A stretch of DNA of 61,352 nt, filler included. It is 4 parts of 4 records of this genome, joined end to end, with 100 filler letters (N's around TTAATTAATTAA, not from the genome) between each part and the next. Parts side by side here need not be neighbours in the genome. Positions count along the whole stretch, not along the records: positions 20,233 to 46,766 come from SRR31156797_12290; positions 46,867 to 55,205 come from SRR31156797_12332; 2 more parts are not named here. One strand, 5' to 3'. Positions within the stretch are counted from its first letter, which is position 1. Each line of letters starts with the position of its first letter. The position numbers and the translations under genes were made by a program. The notes under the pieces were generated by a model. It was not told the origin of the DNA. It saw nothing but the letters and a program-made list of their open reading frames with translations, and ran no database searches. Shown piece by piece: positions 40,592 through 49,955 of the stretch.

Positions 40592-41269
40592 CTACTGCTC
40601 GCCGCTGTATACAAAAGGAAAAAGGATCAGGCCCGCACCACTGAACAGAGCCGAGGCGGAGACAATGATGCCCATCCACGAACTCTCGTCCATAAGGTTA
40701 ACTCCGGAAAACACCGAAGTCATCAATTGTATAGCTCCCAGCAGAATGGGCAGGAGCAAGGGAAAAAGGATCACTGAAAGCAATGATTCCCGTGCAGCCT
40801 GTCCTTGGGAAATTGCACCGAGCAATGCCCCAAGAGAAACCAGTCCCCAGTCCGCAGCCAGCAGGGTTGCAGCAAAAACCGCAAATGACCCCTTCATATC
40901 CTGACCGAGAAATACAATAGTAGCCGGGAGAAATACAAGCTGAGAGCAAAGCAACAGCCCGAACCCGGCAAGGCCTTTTCCGAACCAGACAGCGTGTAAT
41001 GGAACGGGCGATGAAAGCAGCCCCAAACGCGCTTCGTTTGATTCTTCCATTGAAAACAAAGTGTTGAAAACCAAAACCAGACCGAAGGAAGAGGCCAGCC
41101 AGAAGATAGCCGAAGCTGCCTGCGGTTCAACCAGCTGCCCTGCCGGACGTGACAAGCTGAAAACAAAGATCAGCAACAGTCCGAGAAGAACAGCCTGAGT
41201 CAGCCCTTGTCCTCCGCCAATAGAAAGGCGCAGGTCCTTAGCTGCAATAGTCAATCCTCGCTTAAGCAT
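40592..41269 (-). CDS. ccmB: Heme exporter permease CcmB
   Basis: KDLR, RESLLSVILFPLLLP; between ccmA and ccmC. Start set at ATG 41269. Confidence 0.9.
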   Translation of the reverse strand: MLKRGLTIAAKDLRLSIGGGQGLTQAVLLGLLLIFVFSLSRPAGQLVEPQAASAIFWLASSFGLVLVFNTLFSMEESNEARLGLLSSPVPLHAVWFGKGLAGFGLLLCSQLVFLPATIVFLGQDMKGSFAVFAATLLAADWGLVSLGALLGAISQGQAARESLLSVILFPLLLPILLGAIQLMTSVFSGVNLMDESSWMGIIVSASALFSGAGLILFPFVYSGEQ

Positions 41270-41942
41270 TCTCCCCTCCCAGTACGGTTTCAGGGTCGAA
41301 TTCAGAAGCAGCACCAAGATAGGCCATCTTGCGTCCGGCCAGTCCGAGGACCCGGTCGGCTAATGCTGTATCATGGTTCACATCATGACTGATCCAGACA
41401 ATCGCGGTTCCACGGTCACGCATGGCAACAACCTCATCACGCAATAAGGTGAGTGAAGCCTGATCAAGTCCTGTCCCCGGCTCATCCAAAAAAAGGAGAT
41501 CCGGACTTACGAGGAAGACACGGGCCAGATTCAAACGCTGGGCCATACCTCTTGAATAGGAACCGGCTTGTTCTTCGGCTGCACGCTCCAACCCAACCCG
41601 TTTCAACAGAGCCATCAGCTCTTCACGAGATGGATAAAGGCCGTACATGGAAGCCCAGAATGAAAGGTTCGCCACCCCACTAAGACGTGGATAAATAAAA
41701 GTGGAATGCCCAAGATAGGCGGTCTTTTCCGGCTCAGTCAAAATCTCCGCAGCCCCGGCCGAAGGCCTTGAAAGCCCAGACATGATCTTGAGCAAGGTTG
41801 TTTTGCCCGCACCGTTGCGCCCTACTACTAGGAGAATTTCCCCACGCAGCACATCGCAACTGACATCCTTGAAAATCAGCCTTGTTCCAAAGAACTTAGC
41901 CGCCTTTCTCACCTTTAGAGCTATACTTTCATTCTCAGCCAC
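41262..41942 (-). CDS. ccmA: Heme exporter ATPase CcmA
   Basis: GRNGAGKTT, YLGH, YSRGMAQRL, LDEP.TGLD. Confidence 0.92.
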   Translation of the reverse strand: MAENESIALKVRKAAKFFGTRLIFKDVSCDVLRGEILLVVGRNGAGKTTLLKIMSGLSRPSAGAAEILTEPEKTAYLGHSTFIYPRLSGVANLSFWASMYGLYPSREELMALLKRVGLERAAEEQAGSYSRGMAQRLNLARVFLVSPDLLFLDEPGTGLDQASLTLLRDEVVAMRDRGTAIVWISHDVNHDTALADRVLGLAGRKMAYLGAASEFDPETVLGGENA

Positions 41943-41952
41943 TTTAATCCGC

Positions 41953-43830
41953 CTAAGTCAGTTTCGGTTTTCTAAAAGCCATGAATCCAAACAGACACAT
42001 CAAAGTGCCGCCGATCCAGAGCCAGTTAATAAGCGGATTAAGGCTCATCTTGAATGTGGCATTGCCTTCAGCATCCACGCTCAACAATGTCGCATATATT
42101 TCGCTGCCGAGGCTGGGAATAACTGAAACTTCAGCAAAAGGCTGCTCAAAGTTACGGTAGAGCCTGCGCTCAGGAGCAAGCAGACCGACAGTCTTCCCGT
42201 TCTCGGAGACTTCCACAAGAGCAGAAATCTTCGCCATTTCGGGAGTCTGGCTTTCGGTCAGTTTTTTATAAGTCATAGTGTATGTTCCGAGCTGGACACT
42301 TTCACCCTGCTTTATCACATACTGATGCTCAATTTTGTTAGGTCCAGACCAAGCCACACCAAGAAATACAAGCGCAACACCGAAGTGCAGGCCGTAAACA
42401 CCGATCATGGAGCGGACTTTACGCAGTTGGGGGATAAAAGCGAAAACGCCGACAATTCCCACCAGAGACGCAATAGCCGCCGCACTGGTAATCAGGCCGA
42501 GGGGGTTATGCAGACCACATGCGTAACTGATGGCACCGCCGCCGATGAAGGCTCCGCCAACCAGATACAGACCGCGCTTATCAAAAATACCTTCTTTCCA
42601 GTTATACCAAGGGCAAACCGTAAAGATGAGGATGATTAAGCTGAACAAGGGCAGACAGACCCGGTTATAAAACCGTGCATCAAGACCGATGGGATTAGCG
42701 CTCCACATCTTGCTGATTACCGGCCACATGGTTCCGAGTCCGACCACAAGGCCGAGTCCGAGAAATGCCCATGCTGCAATAACCAGCATACCCTGCCTGC
42801 TGTTCAAACCGGAAAGGGTCCTGAATTCAGGACGAGGTCCAGCAAAAAGCACAACAAGAATGGTAGCAAGAAAAGAAAGCTGAAACAGCAGCAGCGGCAG
42901 AGCAACTTCGTTCTCACCGTAGGCATGCAGAGACTGCACAACACCGGAACGCACCAGATAGGTGGCAAAGATACAGAGCAGCAGAGTCAAACTCATGAGA
43001 AAAACGTTAGTCCGCTGAAGAGCCTTACGCTTGATCTGAATAATGGCTGTATGCATAAAAGCAGAAGCGCTGAGCCACGGGATGAGGGATGCGTTTTCAA
43101 CGGGGTCCCATGCCCAGTAGCCGCCCCAGCCGAGTTCCATATAGGACCACCAACAACCAAGAACAATTCCGGCAGTCAGGAAAATCCAAGCCAGAATATT
43201 CCAGTTACGGCAGAAGGAAACCCAGGACTTAAGCTCGCCTGCAAGGTATGCCGCTAGAGCCAGAGCCGCAGGACTTGTAAAACCTGCATAGCCGAGGAAC
43301 AGCAGCGGCGGATGGAAAATCATTCCGGGATTACGGAGTAGAGGATTCAAGCCGCGTCCGTCCGCAGGGGTGGGAACAAGTTCCATAAAAGGATTGGACC
43401 AGCTGGTCAGCAGAAGCAGGAAGAAAGCCTGCACCACCATAAAAAACAGCCAGTAATAAAGTCTTGTTTTTTCGGAAAATTCCTTAAACAAAGGAAGTTT
43501 CGCAAAAATGACTCCCATAATCGCGATGGAAAGCATCCAGAACAACAGGGAACCGTCGGCTCCGGCCCAGAATGCTGTAAGCGTATAAAAAATGGGAAGT
43601 GTATTATCTACGTATTCGTAAATGTACTTAAATGAATAATCCCTGTTAACAAGGGCAATAGTCATTATAAAACTGGCACCAGTAACCAGACCGGCAATGG
43701 CCATATTAGCCTTGTCGATCAGGTTCAGCACGCTGCGCTTGCCCGTAAGCAGGGCTAAGCATGCATAAGCACCCGCCCCCAACGCCGCAAGTAGGGCGAT
43801 GAGGAGCAAAAGGTTAGCAAATAGCTGCAT
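41953..43830 (-). CDS. ccmF: Heme lyase CcmF
   Basis: GLNPLL, HPPLL..GY, WSYMELGWGGYWAWDPVENAS, VRSG..SLH. Confidence 0.96.
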   Translation of the reverse strand: MQLFANLLLLIALLAALGAGAYACLALLTGKRSVLNLIDKANMAIAGLVTGASFIMTIALVNRDYSFKYIYEYVDNTLPIFYTLTAFWAGADGSLLFWMLSIAIMGVIFAKLPLFKEFSEKTRLYYWLFFMVVQAFFLLLLTSWSNPFMELVPTPADGRGLNPLLRNPGMIFHPPLLFLGYAGFTSPAALALAAYLAGELKSWVSFCRNWNILAWIFLTAGIVLGCWWSYMELGWGGYWAWDPVENASLIPWLSASAFMHTAIIQIKRKALQRTNVFLMSLTLLLCIFATYLVRSGVVQSLHAYGENEVALPLLLFQLSFLATILVVLFAGPRPEFRTLSGLNSRQGMLVIAAWAFLGLGLVVGLGTMWPVISKMWSANPIGLDARFYNRVCLPLFSLIILIFTVCPWYNWKEGIFDKRGLYLVGGAFIGGGAISYACGLHNPLGLITSAAAIASLVGIVGVFAFIPQLRKVRSMIGVYGLHFGVALVFLGVAWSGPNKIEHQYVIKQGESVQLGTYTMTYKKLTESQTPEMAKISALVEVSENGKTVGLLAPERRLYRNFEQPFAEVSVIPSLGSEIYATLLSVDAEGNATFKMSLNPLINWLWIGGTLMCLFGFMAFRKPKLT

Positions 43831-43911
43831 ATTATATTTACTCCATTACGGATAAAATCTTTATAAAAACGGGAACTTCAACACAAAAGCATTGAAGCAT
43901 GACCGCAGGAA

Positions 43912-44328
43912 TCACCCTTCGCGGTTTTCCTTTTCGTACTTAGACGGACACTTGGTAATCAGGGAGGTGGCTTTGAACAGCTTATTGCCGCCGACAAAAG
44001 TACCCTCCACAATAACCTCAACCCCCTCTTTAAAGGTATCGGGGACTGCTCCGCTGTAATCAACGCGGATGGTCTGGGTGTTTTCCTTCTGATCGGTAAG
44101 ATCAAAAGCAACGCCGAGTCCTCCAGCCTTAGACTCAATATTCTGAGGTGCAACCTTACCGAACAGCCTTGCCTGTCCAAGCTCAGCTTCATTCATGGTA
44201 AGAGCCTCTGAAACATTAAGAAAATACACGCTGTCCTGAGAAATACCCGAGTAAATCAGGTAGCCCAGTCCACCGAGAAAAAGGATCAAGGCGGCTACAT
44301 AAACGCCTTTTCCACCTTTCTTGGCCAT
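43912..44328 (-). CDS. ccmE: Heme chaperone CcmE, Cys variant
   Basis: YSGAVPDTF.EG, TKCPSKY (CxxxY). Start set at ATG 44328. Confidence 0.93.
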   Translation of the reverse strand: MAKKGGKGVYVAALILFLGGLGYLIYSGISQDSVYFLNVSEALTMNEAELGQARLFGKVAPQNIESKAGGLGVAFDLTDQKENTQTIRVDYSGAVPDTFKEGVEVIVEGTFVGGNKLFKATSLITKCPSKYEKENREG

Positions 44329-44341
44329 CTCGTACTCCGTT

Positions 44342-45403
44342 TTATTTCGAAACGTCAGCGGAAGCATCTTCCTTGCTGACGACCAGTTCTTTTCTTCTCC
44401 TGCGAGCAAGTTCGCGCATATCCACGACCTGATCGGTCTCGTCCACGATCTCGCTACCTAGGATCTCTTCCATAACATCTTCAAGGGTTACAACCCCTGA
44501 CATTCCACCGTATTCATCAAGCACCACAAAAAGATGCATGCGACTTTCAAGGAATTTCACCAAAAGCTTATCCAGCGTGATGTTCTCCAGTGCAAAACGG
44601 ACCGGTTTCATCAGTTCTGAAAGCTTCACATCGTCATGGTCATCCGCAAGCGCTTCAAAAACTGAACGCCTGTAAATAACTCCGACAATATCTTCGGGAT
44701 CATCCCCTTCATACACAGGAATACGGCTGTGAGGCCATGCGCTGTATTTGGCATGAGCCTCGGCTACGGTCATCTCAGCAGGAAGAGAGAACACAACAGT
44801 CCGGGGGGTCATAATTTGCTCAACAATCTTGTCGTCCAACGACAAAATGTTAGCAATTGAGAGGGCTTCATAAGGTTTAATCGCCCCGGATCTCCTGGTC
44901 AGGCTGACCATAGCTCTTATATCCTCTTCCGTGGCCTGCGGGCCTTCACTCTTCCTATTTACAAGGCGGGAGAAAATACCGCAGATCCAAATAACCGGAA
45001 GAAATATCCAGATTAAAATTTCCATAGGCCGGGCTAAAACCCGTCCCAGAGGTTCACAGTAAACCACGCCTATCGTCTTAGGCAGAATTTCAGAAAGGAC
45101 GAGAATAATAATTGTGAAACCAAGCGTGAACCAAGGCAGGGTTTCGGCACCATAAACAGAAGCCCACGCGGCCCCGGCAAAAGCGGCTCCGGCGGTATGG
45201 GCAACAGTATTGAGGGTCAGGATTGCAGTGATGGGCCGGTCCACATTAGAACGCAGCTTATGCAGGATCGCCCCGGACTTATGTCCTTCCTTACGCAGAG
45301 TTTCAATCCTGCTCCACGGAAAAGAATAAAAAACAGCTTCACTGACGGAACAGTAAGCGGAGATAAGTGTAGCTACACTGACGGAAAGTATTAATTCCAG
45401 CAT
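44342..45403 (-). CDS. CNNM/DUF21-CBS (hemolysin/CorC-like) membrane protein
   Basis: SEILPK, IMTPR, HSRIPVY, VLDEYGG..GVVTLEDVMEEILG.EIVDETD. Confidence 0.92.
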   Translation of the reverse strand: MLELILSVSVATLISAYCSVSEAVFYSFPWSRIETLRKEGHKSGAILHKLRSNVDRPITAILTLNTVAHTAGAAFAGAAWASVYGAETLPWFTLGFTIIILVLSEILPKTIGVVYCEPLGRVLARPMEILIWIFLPVIWICGIFSRLVNRKSEGPQATEEDIRAMVSLTRRSGAIKPYEALSIANILSLDDKIVEQIMTPRTVVFSLPAEMTVAEAHAKYSAWPHSRIPVYEGDDPEDIVGVIYRRSVFEALADDHDDVKLSELMKPVRFALENITLDKLLVKFLESRMHLFVVLDEYGGMSGVVTLEDVMEEILGSEIVDETDQVVDMRELARRRRKELVVSKEDASADVSK

Positions 45404-45665
45404 TAATTTTTGAGTTAAAATTGTTAAATAATGCCATCCGGCATCAATTTGATACTGGCATCAGTATCAGAAGGCAGATAGTGGCGCAATAAAAATAGGA
45501 CGGGCTAAACCCTTAATCCCTACGGTTTTGCTACAAAATAAATTTATAAGATAAAATTAGCAAGAGTTCAAACAGTTAGAGTGAAAAAATAATCATTACT
45601 TCCCCATCCAATGCACGACAAAAAGACATTGACCTTTTGAGTTTCGCCATTAAAATATGCGCGCG

Positions 45666-46670
45666 ATGACAAACACAAATCACAAAGTAGTATTCAGACT
45701 CAGCGCCCTTGGGGACGTAGTACTAACCACTGGAATAATTGAGTACTGGGCAAAAAAGTATAACTGTACCTTCACAGTTATTACCAAAAGCTCCAGCAGT
45801 CCTATATTAAAAAATAACCCTCATATAAAAAATGTCATCAGTCTTGAAAAGAAAGACCTCGGTGATCTGGCATGGGTTAAAAAAGCCGGAGAAATTGCAT
45901 CTCGGTACGAAGGTTGCGAACTCATAGATCTGCACTCCACCCTGCGCTCCAGAATCCTTGCCACTCGCTGGAAAGGCAAAGTCTCACGATACAACAAATT
46001 TTCCCTTGAACGCCGTATGTTCAAGCTGACCCGCTCAGCCAAGCTGAATAGCAAACTTTCCGAGCTTCGGGTTACCCAGCGTTACGCTTCTGCTCTTGAA
46101 GAAAGCATCCCGGCAGCTTCTGAACTTCTGCCACATATCTATCTTGCTGAAGATGAAAGAAGTATCGCCCGCACGCTGATAGAAGAACATGACTTGGGTC
46201 AGAATTTCATTACCCTGCATCCCTACGCCACTCATCCGGACAAAGCATGGCCTAAAGAAAACTGGGATATACTTATTAATAAGCTGGATGAGGCAAATAT
46301 AAAGTGGACCATCATCGGACGTGACGACAATGTTTTCGAACCACAATCTGCCGGGTCTAATTTTACCAGCCAGTTGCAACTGCGCGAAACGTGCGCTCTG
46401 CTGGAGAAATCAGTACTGCTGATCTCTGGAGATTCAGGCCCTATGCATCTTTCCGCCGCGGTGGGAACTCCGGTTATCGCCATGTTCGGTCCCACTTCAA
46501 AAGCATGGGGATTCTATCCCGCCGGACCACACGATGTTGTTATGGAATCTGAAATGGATTGCCGCCCCTGCTCCCTGCATGGGAAAAGCAATTGCAAAAA
46601 AGACCGGGAATGCCTTAGAAAAATCACCCCGGAAGAGGTGTTTGAAAAAATACAGAATTTGATACGCTAA
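45666..46670 (+). CDS. Glycosyltransferase family 9 (heptosyltransferase-like)
   Basis: RLSALGDVV, DLH, KAWP, GDSGPMHLSAAVG.P..AMFGPT, CRPC. Start is 45657 or 45666. Confidence 0.92.
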   Translation: MTNTNHKVVFRLSALGDVVLTTGIIEYWAKKYNCTFTVITKSSSSPILKNNPHIKNVISLEKKDLGDLAWVKKAGEIASRYEGCELIDLHSTLRSRILATRWKGKVSRYNKFSLERRMFKLTRSAKLNSKLSELRVTQRYASALEESIPAASELLPHIYLAEDERSIARTLIEEHDLGQNFITLHPYATHPDKAWPKENWDILINKLDEANIKWTIIGRDDNVFEPQSAGSNFTSQLQLRETCALLEKSVLLISGDSGPMHLSAAVGTPVIAMFGPTSKAWGFYPAGPHDVVMESEMDCRPCSLHGKSNCKKDRECLRKITPEEVFEKIQNLIR

Positions 46671-46690
46671 CTGGCTTTAGGAATAAATAG

Positions 46691-46766
46691 ATTTCGCCTC
46701 CGGCGGCTCGAACCCTTTTGAAAAAGGGTTCAAGACTCCCAAAAACTTTTATTAGGGCTTCGCCGC
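46691..46766 (+). repeat. Dispersed hairpin repeat at contig end
   Basis: ATTTCGCCTCCGGCGGCTC-GAACCCTTTT-GA-AAAAGGGTTC-AAGACTCCCAAAAACTTTTATTAGGGCTTCGCCGC. Confidence 0.88.
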
Positions 46767-46866
46767 NNNNNNNNNNNNNNNNNNNNNNNNNNNNNNNNNN
46801 NNNNNNNNNNTTAATTAATTAANNNNNNNNNNNNNNNNNNNNNNNNNNNNNNNNNNNNNNNNNNNN
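46767..46866. other. Artificial contig linker
   Basis: 44 N + TTAATTAATTAA + 44 N. Confidence 0.99.
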
Positions 46867-46898
46867 ACTGCAACCAATCTTGTTTTGCTTTTATTCAT
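46867..46898 (-). CDS. N-terminal fragment of a gene truncated by the gap (MNKSKTRLVA...)
   Basis: GAGGAGATGAAATT-ATG, basic n-region resembling a signal peptide, TATA-like sequence upstream. Confidence 0.5.
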
Positions 46899-47312
46899 AA
46901 TTTCATCTCCTCTGCTCTACTTTTATTGGCTTTTAGATATATACGTATATTTAGCTTTACACAATTTTGGGCTCTGTAGAAATAATTATTTGAATGACTC
47001 ATACGATCGTGTATGCCTGTCATAGTTACAGACTATCAATCTTATGGGAATCATTCTGCTATTAATTATCGGCATGCAGGTTCCTTGCAACTTTGTGTTT
47101 CTGATAACTATATTAAAAACATTGATAAGCAAAGAACAGTACAACCACTCGCTGAAGGCGGCATATTCCTTTACTACTATTCTAAAGACTACTTAAATAA
47201 TGCTGTTATTGAAAATTGCTGAGGTTAAACTTGTAATTAACAGGACTTCTTCTGAACCGATATTTCAAACCTCTGTCACAAAGTAAATAAGATTCTCTGC
47301 CAAGTTACCTGT

Positions 47313-47897
47313 ATGCAAAGAATCATCCTTGCTTCTGCATCAGAAAGAAGAAAAGAATTGCTTGATCAGTTAATAGGGAATACTTTTGAAATACGGATAA
47401 GTTCTTACTCAGAGGATGATGTAGCCGGATTGTCCCCGGCTGAACTGGCAATGCATCATTCCAGGGAAAAAGCACATGATGTTGCAGGGAAAATAGGCAA
47501 ATGTATTGTCTTGTCAGCAGATACTTTTGTCGTTTTGGGAGATGAAGTACTTGGTAAACCTGATGATGCAGATCATGCAAAAAAAATGCTGCAAAAGATA
47601 AGTGGATGCAAGGTCCAGGTAATTACGGGCATCACTTTAATGAATACTGCAAGTGGCGAAGAGATCACTGAATTTGAGCTTACCGATCTGTGGATGAGGG
47701 AAATGGCCGATGGGCTGATCGATGATTATGTAAACACAGGCGAACCCATGGGTAAAGCCGGTGCCTTTGCTATACAGGGAAAAGGTGCAATTCTTGTTGA
47801 GAGGATAGAGGGTGACTTTTTTAATGTGGTAGGTCTGCCACTTTTTAAACTGTCAGGGATGTTTAGCGAATTTGGTATCAACATACTTTCATTTTGA
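47313..47897 (+). CDS. maf: Maf family nucleotide pyrophosphatase
   Basis: ILASAS.RR.ELL, ADT.V...LGKP, GEP.GKAGAFAIQG, NVVGLP. Confidence 0.95.
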   Translation: MQRIILASASERRKELLDQLIGNTFEIRISSYSEDDVAGLSPAELAMHHSREKAHDVAGKIGKCIVLSADTFVVLGDEVLGKPDDADHAKKMLQKISGCKVQVITGITLMNTASGEEITEFELTDLWMREMADGLIDDYVNTGEPMGKAGAFAIQGKGAILVERIEGDFFNVVGLPLFKLSGMFSEFGINILSF

Positions 47898-47944
47898 TGA
47901 GGATCCACTAAAAAAGAAAAGAAAAAAAGAAAAAAGAACGGTTA

Positions 47945-48883
47945 CTATTGTCTGTTCTTTCTTCTTATAGCTCCGATGGCGAAGAGTATTGCGACCACAA
48001 GTACTGGTAATTCGAATCCAGGGGATTCCGCTTCGTCTTCAGTCTCTCCCTCTTCTTCAGGCATTTCATCTGCTACAGGAACCTCTGATTCAAGAAGTGA
48101 ATATGTAACTGGTGTCTCAAGTTTCATGTCATGGAGCTTTACCGACAGGCTCGTAGCTGCACTGGAACTTACTTCCCCGTCTACAATTACGTCAACATCA
48201 AAGGAGTATGACTCATCTGCCGGGACTGTCATTCTCACAGTACCTCTCTTCTTCTGGTTTGTTTCTATATTTGAAACGATAGCACTACCAGTGTACCTTG
48301 TATACTCATCAACGCTGGCTGTAACGACCACGGTAGCTTTATTGACCTCTTCTCCCTGATTATAGAGGCCGGGAGATGCCTCGAAAATGATATCCTCGCC
48401 GTAGTTGGTTGCCTGTATTGTCTCTATCGTAAGGTCGGTAAGGATCACGTTTGAGTCCAGGTCATCAGTTCCCTGAACAAGCTCTATCTGAGTTGTATGG
48501 TCATCTACAAGGTTTGTATCCTCGAAAAGCTCTACCTGCACTAGCTGTTCACCGCTATTTGGCACATTAAAAGTAAAAGCCTTATAGGTCTGTGAGGTCG
48601 CTTTCAGGTATCCTACACTCTCACTATATTCTGCTGTTATCAGGTTTGTATATGGGTCCTTTGTCTTCACCCTGACAGAAAGTGAACCTGTATCACTGTT
48701 TGCAGGGTTCTGGATATAAGCAGTTACCCTGAGTTGGAACTCTTCATCAGCTGGTATTGACATAACATCCACGTTAGTTATAACCGGATGTTGTTCCTCA
48801 GTCCTCAGATCCTCATTCAGGCATCCACTGACAAAACAAAAAAAGAGAACGGAGAGAAAGATCAGGAAATTCCTAACTTTCAT
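47945..48883 (-). CDS. Archaeal surface protein with lipobox and PGF-CTERM sorting signal
   Basis: FVSGC lipobox; acidic linker; SPGF + TM + RRK C-terminus. Confidence 0.85.
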   Translation of the reverse strand: MKVRNFLIFLSVLFFCFVSGCLNEDLRTEEQHPVITNVDVMSIPADEEFQLRVTAYIQNPANSDTGSLSVRVKTKDPYTNLITAEYSESVGYLKATSQTYKAFTFNVPNSGEQLVQVELFEDTNLVDDHTTQIELVQGTDDLDSNVILTDLTIETIQATNYGEDIIFEASPGLYNQGEEVNKATVVVTASVDEYTRYTGSAIVSNIETNQKKRGTVRMTVPADESYSFDVDVIVDGEVSSSAATSLSVKLHDMKLETPVTYSLLESEVPVADEMPEEEGETEDEAESPGFELPVLVVAILFAIGAIRRKNRQ

Positions 48884-48891
48884 GCTACCGC

Positions 48892-49695
48892 CTACAATTT
48901 GACAGTTAGTGTAAGTGTCTGTTCATCTACGATATGGTCACCGTACATCAATTTAACATACACATCGGTCTCGCCGTTTGGTGCATCATTGTTGATGGGT
49001 ATCTGCATTCCCTTTGTATATGATGTTCCGCTCTTAGCCATTGCCTCGGTGATGTTCATGGATGCCTGGTCTGCTATAAGCTTGTTGTCAACATCAGCTA
49101 CAACCGTCAGCATTCCTGCAGGTATTGTACTTTGACCGTGGTTCTTTACAGAAAAAGTAATGGTTGCATTGTCACCTGCATCAAGTTCCCATGATTCGGC
49201 GGATGTTGTACGCAGTGAGTCCATATCCTTGACAAAGCCCAGGAACTGGAGTTTTACATCAGGAAGTATTGTGATGTCAACAGGTATGGAACTTGTCTTT
49301 GTTATCTGCATTCCTTCCTCATCCATGCCTGAAAGATAGCTTACTGTTACTGCAGAGTCATTAACCTCTGTGTCATATGCAGGTGCTGTGACCTGGACAT
49401 AGAGGGCAGATGATTCAGCACTACCTATTTTCCCGGGTATGTTAATTGAGTTTGTTCCTGCTACTGTAAGTGGTGTAAAACTTACAAGCTGAACAGAATC
49501 GATTGCCTGTGTGTCATTGTTGGTGACTGTCAGGCTCACATCCTGTGAATTAAATTCCTTTATAACAACAGGTGTCGTGGAAAGGAAAACATTCTCAGAG
49601 CTTACCGGATCAGCAGTCTGTTCCGCACACCCTGACATCAATACCAGAGCCAATAGTGATGTTATCACTATAATCTTTTGGAATATTTTAGCCAT
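48892..49695 (-). CDS. Archaeal lipoprotein, Ig-like beta-rich, hypothetical
   Basis: LMSGC lipobox; LTVTN and FSVKN.G strands; SD GTGAGGT. Start set at ATG 49695. Confidence 0.8.
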   Translation of the reverse strand: MAKIFQKIIVITSLLALVLMSGCAEQTADPVSSENVFLSTTPVVIKEFNSQDVSLTVTNNDTQAIDSVQLVSFTPLTVAGTNSINIPGKIGSAESSALYVQVTAPAYDTEVNDSAVTVSYLSGMDEEGMQITKTSSIPVDITILPDVKLQFLGFVKDMDSLRTTSAESWELDAGDNATITFSVKNHGQSTIPAGMLTVVADVDNKLIADQASMNITEAMAKSGTSYTKGMQIPINNDAPNGETDVYVKLMYGDHIVDEQTLTLTVKL

Positions 49696-49955
49696 GATTA
49701 GTACCTCACTCACTGAAATAACTCATGAGCTTATAAAACTTTTGACATTTATTTCGCCAATTGTCGTTTTTTACTTTGTCTTTTCATTAAAGAATATTGT
49801 GTGAGGTACTTTTCTCTAGACTGTTAATAACTTAAATAAATAAAACTCTGATGTGTAGGTACTAAACCAAAAAAGTATCCTTTATATGACTAAAGCACAC
49901 ATATCTTCATAATCACTATCTTAATGACAATTCTTGTTTCCGGAGGAATGCTAAC

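Noticed and set aside
1-46766. Palindromic repeats as a CRISPR array
   Set aside because: Copies are dispersed, divergent and not regularly spaced; no cas genes.
47013-47222. 69-aa ORF upstream of maf; also the 94-aa ORF at 54363-54647
   Set aside because: The first has no motifs or convincing RBS. The second is the antisense shadow of the IS5 remnant.
47909-47938. A-rich tract between maf and the PGF-CTERM gene
   Set aside because: Consistent with an ordinary archaeal oligo-T terminator for the minus-strand gene.
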